Source: Narcine bancroftii
Taxonomy: Eukaryota
Length of the DNA: 64,000 nt
NCBI RefSeq assembly: GCF_036971445.1
Contig: NC_091482.1
Span: forward strand, 58,280,001-58,344,000
Reading direction: 5' to 3'
In this document: positions 26,233-38,039 of the stretch, piece after piece
Position numbering within the stretch: position 1 is the stretch's first letter
Layout of the letters: each line of letters starts with the position of its first letter
Translations under genes and position numbers: made by a program
The notes under the pieces: model-generated
The model's input: the letters and a program-made list of their open reading frames with translations, nothing else
Told to the model about the DNA's origin: nothing
Databases searched by the model: none

Positions 26233-27140
26233 CTAAACTCTAACACCAATTTGACCACTGAGTTTATTCCAAATTGTAATAACATGTTTTAGTAAAGGGG
26301 CTTCCTTGGGACCAAATAGTAATTTGGAATTCCATTTGTATATAAACATTTTGGCTATCTTCTTATGCAGTCCCAATTTTACCCAAGAAGACTTGTCCCC
26401 TCCATCAAAGAGGGAGGAGACAAACTTCATTTGGGTTCCCCAATAATAAAGTCTGGGAACTTTAATCCTCCCAGATCATAATCCAGGTTAATTTATCGAT
26501 AGAGACTGTGGAAAATCACCCTTCCACAGAAACTTCATAATATATTTATTTAAATTCTGAAAGAATTGTTGTAGTACTAAAACAGGTAGGTTTTGGAAAA
26601 GATACTGTAATTTAGGCAATATAATTCATTTTTATACAGAGCATTATTCATTTATTCATTTCAAAGCAGGAAATCATCAAAATACCTACCAAGCTTCAGG
26701 TGCTTGAACTCAGATTTATCATCAGATGCACAGAGTTGGTAGAATATATGATAATTTCTTTCGTTTTCTGCCTAAATTCAACAAATTGACCCTTTCAATC
26801 AAAGTTATCCATTTATTTAAATCATCCTTAACTTTATGAAGCGAGGGAAGATAATTCAACTTGTATAAATTTGATAAATTATTATCTATTACCAAAATAT
26901 CTTATCCCATTAATTGAGAGTCTCTTTTAACGTAATCATAATTCCCACCCGTAAGTGGAATAACTTTGCTTTTATCCCAATTAACTTCATAGACTGAGAA
27001 AATCCTGAAAAATTCCAATTTAGACTACAATTTTTGTAATGAACCACTGGGTCAGTCAGATATATCAGAACAATATATCGATTGTCAGCAAATAGATTGG
27101 TTTTATGTTCTTCCTGGTTAACCATGAAGCCTTTTATGTT
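26233..27140 (-). mobile_element. Old L1 ORF2 (RT region) fragment, interrupted by an inverted copy of exon 7
   Basis: HKTNLFAD...YLTDP (RT catalytic motif region), WITLIERVN, LPKLQYLFQNLP, KFLWKG in decayed frames. Confidence 0.8.
26658..26786 (-). repeat. Inverted duplicate of exon 7 plus flanking intron (copy of 24840-24968)
   Basis: Reverse complement matches 127 of 129 nt by manual alignment. Confidence 0.95.
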
Positions 27141-27893
27141 CTACAACTTAACGAGTCATGGGACAGGCTGAGAAAATGGTTGCTGTTGATTTAACTCTTT
27201 AATCCCACTGCTGCACCAGCTCTTACGAGCAGTCAAGAGGAGCAGAGAGCGATGGAGAGAAACAGAGACTGACACAGACAGAGGGGAGAGAGACAGACAG
27301 TGGGAGAGAGAGAAAGACAGAGGGGGACAGAGGGAGAGGAGGAGATGGAGAGAAACCAACGGGCCAACACCAGTTGGGAAACAAATTTGGATGAATGTAC
27401 AGAGCGAGGTGCCTCAACCGGAACACTCTTGGTCTTCCAACTGATTCATGTCATTGGGAGCAAAGATTGCTTGGCTGGGATCTTTCTTAGGAAATGGTAC
27501 TCAGATGATCTCATACATCAAATGTATGGCGAAGTGCCTCTGATCAGCTTTTCAAATTGAGCAATAAAGACACTTTAAAAAGACACTGACAAACTAAAAT
27601 TCTAATTGGTTGGTGAGAGCTCTAAGATTTGAATTAGCAGTCAATAGCGGGATGTTAGCCACATTTTTTCCAAACTTTTAACCTTTGTTGATAATAGACT
27701 TCATATCTATTGTAAAACCAATGATCCTTTTCCAAATTGTAATACTGCTTATTTCCACTTGTACAAAGTCTCGCCTTCATCCAATTGTTTTTCACCAAGC
27801 AAAGGGTGCATCGCTTCTGCTCTCTGTAATTCAGGTCCTTCTAATATGACAGAAGAAATCCAGGAACTTTCAATATCAAAATCTGTGTTTCAG

Positions 27894-28000
27894 GTTTGAA
27901 ACAAGACTTTCAAATGGATGTCTTTAGAGTACTGGCAGGCATTCTACATTTAGGAAATGTAGAAATTAGAGCTCTGAACGAAGAGAAGTCTTCAGTCCAA
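27894..28000 (+). CDS. MYO5C: MYO5C exon 9 (GLKQDFQMDVFRVLAGILHLGNVEIR...SSVQ)
   Basis: tttcag|GT ... CAA|gtaagt; 107 nt. Confidence 0.94.
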
Positions 28001-28606
28001 GTAAGTTTGCAACTTTTAAATCTTCAGTAAATCGTGATGTACATAATTTCAGTAAATGTTTATTAGCTTTGGATAGAGGGCATTTTTTTTAGCTGCTTTT
28101 TTGAAAAAAGGTTAAGGTAGCAATTAGTGCAATGCTGTTACGGCGCCATCGACACCCATTCGAATCCCGCGCTGTCTGTAAGGAGTTTGTACGTTGTTCG
28201 CGTGTCTGCATGGGTTTCCTGTGAGTGCTCCCCTTTCCTCCCACTATTCGAAAAGTACAGGGGCTGTAGGTTAATTGGGTGTAATTGGGTAGCTTGGGCT
28301 CGTGCTGGAAGGGCCTGTTACCGTGATATATGCCTAAATTATAACATAATAGTTTGAATATTTATTTAATTTCTATTTTGAATAAAACATTGAGTTTAAT
28401 GCTTATGTTCCTGCTCTTATGAGCATGGGAAATAGAAGCATCTCTTGGCCCCCACGCTTGCTTAACAATTCCACGTTCAAGGCTCATGCTGTCTCTTAGA
28501 CCACATTCCTGCACAATCCTATCCTTGTTTTCTTTCATTTAAAAAGACGATTCATCTCTGTTGTCAACATGCCCAATGTCTGAACCTAGGTAGAGAATTA
28601 CAAATT

Positions 28607-28816
28607 CATATCGCAGAAATGCTGGAGGAGCTCAGCCGGTCTCACAACATCCATGGGAGGGAACGATATATTACCGAAATTTTGGGCCTGAGCCCTTCCT
28701 CTAGGTAGTAATACATCTTTCTTTCTTATGGACGCCCACAAGACCAGCTGAGTTCCTCCAGCATTTGTATGTTTTAACTACAATCACAGCATCTGCACAT
28801 TTTCATGTTTCACCTC
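28607..28816. mobile_element. Fold-back Penelope-derived mini-element with 15-bp TSD
   Basis: AGAGAATTACAAATT at 28592-28606 and 28817-28831; arms ATGCTGGAGGAGCTCAGC / GCTGAGTTCCTCCAGCAT are inverted. Confidence 0.8.
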
Positions 28817-29483
28817 AGAGAATTACAAATTTGGGGAAAGAAATTCCTCTCACCTCTGTCCTGAATGTCCCAACATTAATCTTGAATCTGGTTCCAAATC
28901 CCAAGACAAGGGGAAACATCAACTCCACATCTATAGGAGAGTAAAGGGAGATTTAATTGAAGAAAGCTGTGTGTACCTTGAAGTTGGTCTAAACAGTGGA
29001 TTTGGATCGGACATAATTGCCAAAAATGGAGATTTTTTAAAAATAACTTCATGAGTTGTATTGGGCTGGAGTGGACTGTCTCCAAAAGTGGTGGACGTTG
29101 ATTGAATGGGAACTTCAGAAAACCCAAAGAAAACATTTGAGGAGTGTGGCAGTCTTGAGTTTTCGGCAGGTAAACGAGAAATTCTGCAGATGCTGTGGTC
29201 CAGTGCGGAACACGTAAGTGCTGGAGAAACTCAACAGGTCACGCAGCATCCATAGGAAGTAAAAGGCAGTCAATCTTCAACAAGAATGTGGGAAAATAGA
29301 CGGGCACCTGAATTAAAAATTTGAGGCAGCTGCTCCAGAGTACAGGTACAGGTGTAAAGTCACCAGTCATGGTAGTTCGATAAAATGTTCATATTCAATT
29401 TAAAAACATTAATAAATTAATGTGTGTCAGCTACAGAATTTTGAACCCTTGTAATGATGTTCACCCACTTTGTTTACGAACAG

Positions 29484-29749
29484 AATGATGATCATCACCT
29501 GACAGTATTTTGTGAACTCCTTGAGTTAATGCCAAGGGAGATGGCTTATGGATTGTGCCACAGAAAAATAGCCACTGCCTCGGACACAGTGATCAAACCC
29601 ATGACCAGACTTCAAGCTATCAATGCCCGGGATGCTTTGGCCAAACACATCTATTCTAATTTGTTCAGCTGCATTGTGAAACACATAAACAAGGCTCTAC
29701 AGTTTTCTGGAAAGCAGCACACCTTTATTGGTGTATTGGACATTTATGG
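29484..29749 (+). CDS. MYO5C: MYO5C exon 10 ([13 protein letters not shown]...[10 protein letters not shown]...FIGVLDIYG)
   Basis: gaacag|AAT ... GG|gtaatg; 266 nt. Confidence 0.95.
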
Positions 29750-30997
29750 GTAATGTCTTGATTCTGCAGGAACTGCCAGAAACGCTATCTTAAATTTCAA
29801 GTTTGTGGATAGTTGAAATTGTATTTCACTTCACAAGGAAAGAACCTCAGATTGAGAATCTGGTTTATTGTCATGAATGTATCAGGAAAGTTGTTGTTTT
29901 GCTTTGTGAAATTAAACCTTTGATGCTGTGGCATGAGGTTTCAGACCAATTAAACCTACAAGCCCTAGTACACTTCGAACGGTGGGAAGGAACAAGAGCC
30001 CCCAGAAGAAACCCATGCAACATGGGCAAAATGTACAAACTCCTTACAGATTGCACAGGATTGGAACCCGGTCCCGATCACCGGCACTGTAGGTTTTGCA
30101 CTTACCGTGTCTCCCCCTCCCCCCACCCACCCCAAGAAGGCTGTGAATTTTGAACATACTGATTGCTATCTATTGGATCTCTGGGTCAAACAAGTGCCCA
30201 GATAGTGTTTGGCAGAGAGGTGGGGGGGGGGGGGGGGGGCCACCAAAACTTAGTTGCTTTTGGATGTAGTGCAGAATTTTCAGTTTGAGGTTTCTTTCTT
30301 GATGAAGGAGGAGTGTGGGGAAATGGGAGTTGGGTGGAGGAACTGTGAATGGCACAGTTAAGACGACACCTGGATTTTATTTTGTTTGCACCCTTTTTTG
30401 GAGACCTGTCAGAAATTACGGACAATTTTGACTCTCACTGCTCCACTGGGAACAAGGTGACAATGTCTTGACTGTGAGGCCATTCTCAGTGCCGGGCTGG
30501 TCAAGTTAAACTCAAGGCCAGCTTTGAAAGGAGGAAGATTATTTTTAAAAAGCCCGTGGGACACTGAATCCAGTTCGTCAAAATGCTAAGGATGTTCAGT
30601 TATCCCATCCAAACTGGACTTCATTTAAAGAGGCCTGGATATTCTCATTAAACTATGCATCTGTGGAGACATCATATCTATTTTTATCCTTAAGACATTC
30701 ATTTTGGGATGGCCCACCAACCCTACCATAGGATCCTCCCTGTGTTTGCTCAGTAGTCCTCAGTACACTGGGTGTTGCAGAGGACTAAAGTGGACAGTTG
30801 AAACATATCACTGGACTTTATCCAGCTTGAATAAATTATTGAAATAAAAAACATTCAGTTTTATTTCTCCTCAAATCCTGATATCTAATGTGGAGCCCCA
30901 CTTGGTGTTGAACTAACAGGCTTGTGCTCCAAGTTGGTGTTCGAATGGGTGTCGATGGGACCGTAACAGCATTGCACATAACGAGGCATGATTAAAC

Positions 30998-31373
30998 CAG
31001 TGGTTCTCTACCTTTTCCTTTCCACTCACATACCACTTTAAGTAATCCCTATGCCATTGGTGCTCTGTGATGAGTAAGGGATTGCTTAAGGTGGTATGTG
31101 AGTGGAAGGAAAATGTTTGAAAACCACTGTTTTAATCGTACCTCATTGACTCATTATGTGCATGGTTTCCTAACTCCAAAGGAAATGGGCCAATGACCAT
31201 TCATCTCCAGCAAAATACTTCCATAACAATTGGGTCTCGAGCAGTGATTCTCAACCTTCCCTTCCCACTTACATCCCACCTTAAGCAATCCCTTACTCAT
31301 CACAGAGCACCGATGGCATAGGGATGACTTAAGGTGGTGTGTGAGTGGAAAGAAAAAGGTTGAGAACCCCCTG
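30998..31373. mobile_element. hAT/Charlie-like composite MITE, complete copy
   Basis: Unit 30998-31129, spacer 31130-31241, inverted unit 31242-31373. Confidence 0.85.
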
Positions 31374-31526
31374 CTCTCGCCCCTTAGTCTGCACCTGGGC
31401 ATCAAGTGTTTCTATTGTGTCAAAAAGCAAAGATAACTCTCACTGTTTGAGTTGGGTTTTTACAGTAAAGTGTTGTTTGTGTTCAAATTTTAAAAAAAAA
31501 CAAGATTATTGTTTGAATCCCTTTAG

Positions 31527-31608
31527 GTTTGAAACCTTTGAAGTGAATAGTTTTGAACAATTTTGTATAAATTATGCCAATGAAAAACTGCAGCAACAAT
31601 TTAATTTG
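31527..31608 (+). CDS. MYO5C: MYO5C exon 11 ([27 protein letters not shown])
   Basis: ctttag|G ... TTG|gtgagt; 82 nt. Confidence 0.96.
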
Positions 31609-31762
31609 GTGAGTATTTGCCCTGTTGCCACATAAATTCAGTTCATTGTGTTGATTAGAATTTTATCCTTGCTGGACAATGACCATGACTGAACTTGGCT
31701 ATTTGTGAAGTTACCTTAATTGCAATGAAAAATTAAACCTTAAAAATTTAACATCTCTCCAG

Positions 31763-31903
31763 CACGTGTTTAAACTCGAACAAGATGAATACATGAAAGA
31801 AGACATACCGTGGACTTTGATAGAATTCAACGATAACCAACCTTGCATTGATTTGATAGAAGCTAAAATGGGTATATTGGAATTGCTGGACGAGGAGTGT
31901 CTG
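31763..31903 (+). CDS. MYO5C: MYO5C exon 12 ([47 protein letters not shown])
   Basis: ctccag|CAC ... CTG|gtgagt; 141 nt. Confidence 0.96.
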
Positions 31904-32202
31904 GTGAGTGTTTAAATAATTACGAGCCATTAGTTGTACCATTAGCAAGTAAAAGGGTTGAAGGCTGACAATGCATCATAATATTTATTCTCTTTTCTCG
32001 GTTAATCATCATTCTTTTATATAAACTACCTTTTGTTCATTTAGATACAGTGCCAGAGGATCATTTAAATTATCCCGTCTTGAAGCAGAGCCAACAGTGC
32101 CAATCAATCACTATTTATTGGAATGTAGATTGATCTAGAAATTATTTTTTTAAAATGAGCATATCTTGCATAATCTGTACCTGCCTAATCAGGAAGGTGT
32201 AT

Positions 32203-32863
32203 TGTTACAAGCCCAGAGGACTCCAAAATCCAGCAGCAATAGAAATTCACCAAGACAATAGATATTTAAACAAAAGTTGCCTTTAATTTTCGTTAAACAT
32301 AATAACAGGATCAATCATTAACTTAGTACTATTAATTTAACTTAACTCCTTTCTAATTCTAAGTGCCCATGTATGTAATGTGTACGTGTTCAGGAAAGTT
32401 CTCTGTTTCACTGTCCAATCATTCACTTTTCACTTCTCCAAGTTCACCGGTATCAGGTAATTCTCATACTGTGCTCAGAATTTAACATTTATATTTTCCA
32501 CCTGGTGCTTAAAGGTAAATGTTTACCGCTCAGGAAGATTCATGTTGGTTTCAGAGTGAAATTTGTTGCTCGTTGGATGCACACAAACTGATTTCCTCCA
32601 ATCAGTCGCTTCAGCGTCTTGCCGAAGAAACTTGCCTCATCGTGGATTTTTCCAAATGATCACCTCTTCTTCCAGGTCACCACAGAGTTCCTCTTGTTTC
32701 CCTTGTTTCAGGAGAAACGCTCTATCCAGCCATTTCCTCTTGTAAGGATTACAAGGAGTTTCAACAGGCTGAACTCAGAACTCACAACCTAATTTTAAAA
32801 TGGTATTTTTCAACAAGCCTGCCAGCTTGCCATTTTGCAGCCTCAACTGCTGCTGTAGAACTG

Positions 32864-32896
<33 letters not shown>

Positions 32897-33243
32897 CAAA
32901 AGAGAAATCACGTGTTTGTTTTTTCTCTCTCTCTCACTGTAAAAACCAAATTATCTCTCCCAAGGCGCCAAACCCAATTTTTGAAATATCTTATCAGTAT
33001 CTGAGCCTAGACAAGGTCAACATGATGTTCCATTTGGACCTCCTTTTGAAGCCCTTTCCAAAGCAGTTCCATTGTCTCTGCAAAGTCACAAGGTCTCACT
33101 TCCGCAAAGCTCTTGCATTTTGAAGCAGATGTCCTTTGTGAAGTGTTACTCTGTTTGTGAAGTGTAACCCAAGTTAAACCCCCACAATTGATCTCTTTTA
33201 AAGGCATATTTTACCCATAACTATTCTAACACATCCTGTAACA
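32203..33243. mobile_element. Solo LTR (Gypsy-like)
   Basis: Termini TGTTACA ... TGTAACA; 4-bp flanks GTAT / ATAT; about 1.04 kb with no coding remnant. Confidence 0.7.
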
Positions 33244-33808
33244 ATATGAAAGAAATGAACTTCAAAAACTGCACTGGAAAATAGCTGAGACTAAAGTTGA
33301 AATGGGCTGTCTTTATTTTATCCATAACTGTTACGAAGCCTTGAAGGCAGAAATTAAATTATGTTCTTAATCATTCTTTCTAGGTTTCCAATTATCTGTT
33401 CCTATTCGAGCTATAACGGTGACATGCACAAATTACTCCTCCCATGGGTTTACCATCCATGGGCTTTCCAAGATGAAAACTTCATGACCATACAAGGCTG
33501 CATTATTTTAATGGGGCTGTAAGACATTTTCCTTGCTAGTTATTGTAGGGCATTTACAGAAGGAGTATTGCACACTGGGGATTGAAGGGATGTGTTTTAA
33601 CAATAGAGATTTTGCAAAGTTGGTCGGGAATGTGTATTCGAAGTATTTCTGCAGGTTAACCATTCATTTTCTCATAAAACTTGTAATTAATCCTCATGGG
33701 AGTGAAAAATTGATGCAAGATATTGTACTAATAATCAAGAAAAAAATAATGTTTTCTAAGTAGTTGATAACATACTTTTAAAAAAAAATCAAATATTTAT
33801 TTATGCAG

Positions 33809-33934
33809 TTGCCGTTAGGAACAGAGGAGAACTGGCTTCAGAAACTACAGAATACTTACTTAAACAAAAACCCTCTCTTTGAGAAGCCCCGAATGATGAG
33901 CAAGGCTTTCATCATCCAGCACTTTGCTGACAAG
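33809..33934 (+). CDS. MYO5C: MYO5C exon 13 ([13 protein letters not shown]...FEKPRM...FIIQHFADK)
   Basis: atgcag|TTG ... AAG|gtaagt; 126 nt. Confidence 0.95.
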
Positions 33935-34255
33935 GTAAGTGACAGTCAGGACAATTCTATTTCTGCCTTGAATCGTTCCATGAATATCATCGTATCAGGA
34001 TACCAGGGGCACGGTTAGCGCAACGCTGTTTACAGAACTAGTGACCCAGCTTTGAATCCGGCACAGCCTGTAAGGTTTCTCCCCGTGTCCGCGTGGGTTT
34101 CCTCTGGGTCACGGGTGCTCCGGCTTCCTGAAAAAAATGTTGCACGTCAATTGAGTGGCACTGTTACCATGCTGTATATCCAAATTTTAAAAGAAAATTA
34201 AAAATAAAACTTAGATTTGTACAGTGGAGTAATGATAGCTTCTCTTTTCGACAAG

Positions 34256-34339
34256 GTGCAATATGAATGTGATGGATTCTTGGAGAAAAACAGAGATACA
34301 TTGTATGAAGAACTCATCAATGTACTGCGGAAAAGTAAG
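34256..34339 (+). CDS. MYO5C: MYO5C exon 14 ([28 protein letters not shown])
   Basis: gacaag|GTG ... AAG|gtttgt; 84 nt. Confidence 0.94.
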
Positions 34340-36109
34340 GTTTGTGACCATCACTGTAATATGATAGTTTATACTAACCCTAACCCTTACCGCAGAGCCC
34401 ACCTCACTGACAAAAAACAACACCCAACCCCAACCCACCAATTTTCCACTGCAACCGTGTCTACCTGTCCCGCATCGGACTTGTCAGCCACCATCGAGCC
34501 TGCAGCCGACGTGGACATTACCCCTCCATAAATCTTTGTCCACGAAGCCAAGCCAAAGAAAGAAAAGAAGAATGTTATGGTAAGAAAAGATGGCCTTTCT
34601 AAAACTTCACAGACTGCTGTTCCAGTTTTGCATCATCTGTTCCCTCCAACAATTTCCATGTACGGATGCTCATTATTTGCTGAGCTGGAGATAGTATACT
34701 GCTGCATTGTTTGCTCTCAGTGAACCCATTTATTTTCTCCTCTTCAATTACAATATTACTGGGCTGACTATACCTTGTGCGGAAGTATCTTTCTTGCTGA
34801 TAATGACACCTTGGAGAAGGGGGTCAGGCCCGGAACATTGGTAACATTATCTTTACCTCCTCTGGTTGCTGAATACCTGCTGAGTTTCTCCGGCGTTTCT
34901 GTGTTTTTTTACGACAATTACAGCGACTGTGGCCTTTTGTGTTTCACCTCTTTTCTGCTGATGTCCAGAAATTGTCTCATCTTCAATGCTTCCCGCTGAT
35001 TTTAAGCCATCAAATCCATAGGCAGTCACTGGTTAGCTGCAAGGCAGGCATCAAGGCATTCTGGGCTTCCTTGTTCTAGGCAGTGTGAAACATGATGGGA
35101 GTCGTACAGGAGCTATTTTGTCTTCCACTCTCACTGATGTCACAAAATTATGTTTTTAATCTTTAGCTACTATATTTTTTTTAATAAAGTTGTGTTTATG
35201 GGTTTGGAAAATGGGGATGCATTTACAGGCACTCACAATCACACTCAGAGAGAAGCCATTTTCGGAGATTCAAGTCTGGTACACAACCCAATAAAATCAG
35301 AAGTGATTGTTCAGTGAAATTGCTGGAATGATGGTGTTTTCTAAGGAGGAGTTTGTGCGGACACAGTCATTCTGCTGGTTGAGCTGTGCAGACAACTCAG
35401 AAGCACATTAGCTCATAAACCTTTGGAAGAGATAAACTTCAAACACTCAGGAAAATACTTGAGTCAAACAAGCAGGTCAATATTGATGGCCTATTGTTTC
35501 AATAGGCAAGAGGCCATCTGTCATGATTCATGCTTTTGGAAGAGATGAAACTTCAAAGACAGCAATGATGCCATGTCGCATGATTTTAGACATTCTCAGA
35601 GAACACTTTACTGAAACAGACATTTTGAAACCAGGAAAAAAAGTGATTGACCATCCTGTAAGTCACACAGGATTGAAATGCAGTAACAATCCTTTGGAGA
35701 AAGAAGGTTGCTTGTGTTCTGCTTATGACGAGGAGGAACACCAAAAAAGTGGTTTTGAAGAATTTAGCCACTTCAACCGTCTCTTTGAAAAGAGGACAGA
35801 TTCACCGTGACCATTTCTACACGGTCACTTCATGAAACCCTTGCCTGGGTTTGTGAAATCATCATGGAAGATAAACAAATTCTGAAACTTTCATACAAGA
35901 GAGGAAAATTATTCATATGAAGAAACAATTATTTGAAAACAACTCTACAAGAAATTTGTGAGTTTTGAGAAGTTTGATGCCTCACAATTAATCCATAATT
36001 GCTTTTGAACAGCAGTAAAGATTTTGAGTTTCAACACATAAGCTTACTGAGACTGAAATTTAAAACCATCTTTTCAGAATTAAATTTAAACTGTAATAGT
36101 TCCCCCCCC

Positions 36110-36111
<2 letters not shown>

Positions 36112-36182
<71 letters not shown>
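36112..36182. repeat. (CA)n microsatellite, about 35 units
   Basis: Direct reading. Confidence 0.99.
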
Positions 36183-36185
<3 letters not shown>

Positions 36186-36599
36186 TAGTGGGATTAAGTT
36201 AGAGTTAAGTAAAAAGTTTTATGTTAATAATTAATAATAAAAATTATTGTTTTTGAAAACACCATTGTCTGGTGAATTTCTATTGCTGCTGGACTGGTTC
36301 GTAACATTGGATTTGTTACCAAGTCCAAGAGCAGCTTCTATTTGTGATGTACTGAGGGGTTTGTCTGGCATACCGAGTGTTACCCTGTTCATATATTCAT
36401 ATTATATTACAGAAAGAGAGGCCTTTCAGCCCCTTGAGTTGATGCTGGCTCTCATTTCCCCCCCCCCCTCAGCTTCCTGTTCTTTCCCACATGTCCATTG
36501 ACACCTCACTGAATTCTTCAACCACCCACCTGTATTGGGCATTTTATACTGACTCAACAGCCAGCACGTCTGTGGGATGTGGGAGGGAAGCATAGCACA

Positions 36600-37750
36600 T
36601 GGCAAACCTTGGAAGTACAGGGGATTGCAGAATCTGGAGTGAAAACGAATCCATCAAGTGAACTCAGTGTTTTGGGCCAGAAGCCTTCATCAAGACTGAG
36701 AGTGCAGAGGGGAGTCCGCTGGTATAATAAGAGGGACAGAGGGCTTGGACAGGGGACAGTAGAGGACTGGTGAACCAGGGAGGGGTGAAGGGTGACAGAC
36801 AGGTGGAGTTGGGAGGCAGAGGCAGATAATTGGAAGGCGTCAGACAAAGGAAAAGCGCACGGAAATTCTAGAGGATCTCACAGCGTCCATAGGAGGTAAA
36901 GATATATTACTGATGTTTCGGGCCTGAGCCCTTATTTAAAAACATACAGAAGTCCTGGAGAAACTCCGTATTTTTAAAATTCCTCCAATTGACCCTGTGA
37001 GACCGGCTGAGTTCCTCCACTGTTTCTGTGTTTTTACTGCAACCTCAGTATCTGCAGACCTCAGTGTTCCACAGGTGTCATACAAAGGCAGGGAGAGGCA
37101 AGAAAATCAGAAGAGGAGTCAGGTGAAAGAAGATGTCATGTAGGGTGCAGCTGAAGATGGCTAGATGGAGGGTGATGATTGGCGACAAAGACTGTCCGTG
37201 CTGGAACGTGATAAAGGTGAGATAATGGAAGCCGATTGGGACGAGGTGAAGGACAGATAGGGCCAGATGGAACCGAGGGGAGGCCCAGATGGGAAATCCG
37301 TTACAGAAATGTGGATAGAAGAGGATGGAACCAGAAAGGGGTGAAATTGTGGAAAAGGGGAGCTTGGAAGTAGGAATGGGGAAGAGAGGGAGAATGGGGA
37401 GTGGTCTAGCAGAAACTGGAGAGATTGATGTTGATGCCATTCGGTGGGAGAGTGCCCAGATGGGAAATCCCCGTTCCCCATCTTTTTGTCTTCTTTCCTC
37501 CAGCTATCCATCCCCTTCATTCACTAAGCCTTCCCTCCCTTATCCACCTATCATCTCCTGCCTTTGGGACTGTGCTCCTCATCCTGCCCTTCCCCACCAC
37601 CCCCCACCCTGCCCCACCACAACATTTTGTTTGGGCACCCGGCTGCATTTTTCTCATTCCTTCATGAAGAAATCAGGCCCAACACATTGGTTATGTATCT
37701 TTATCTTTGCTGTTTGACCTGCAGAGTTTCCCCAGCGTTGTGCGTTTAAT
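36600..37750. mobile_element. Cluster of Penelope-like terminal repeats in both orientations with a GIY-YIG C-terminal remnant
   Basis: Minus strand near 37425-37465 reads HLGTLPPNGINI; several GAAGGGCTCAGGCCCGAAAC-like and CTGAGTTCCTCCA motifs. Confidence 0.65.
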
Positions 37751-38039
37751 TGATGTGTGGATTTGGGTTGTAAGTGAAGGTAAAGAGCTTTCACCAGGAA
37801 ATAAGAACTTGTCCTGCCTCAAGCATGCCTAGAAGTTAGTTAGTTACACACAATGGAGTCTGTATATGATACAGACGTGTAGAAACTGCATTTCAAATCA
37901 TGCAAATTAAAAGATGAGTAAAATTATTCACAACAAAACAATTTTTTCATCATTTCTCACAAGATCTAGGAGCAGAAATGGGATCATTGCCCCATCCAGT
38001 CAATATGAGAGTCTTGGATGGTTAATGTGAGCAGTTCCT

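Noticed and set aside
26690-26771. Second gene on the minus strand using the exon 7 copy
   Set aside because: No neighbouring myosin exons on the minus strand; it is an isolated duplicate inside an L1.
35200-35900. Possible Gypsy gag remnant
   Set aside because: Similarity too weak to support without a search.
35999-36202. ORF with a THTHTH repeat
   Set aside because: It is the translation of the (CA)n microsatellite.
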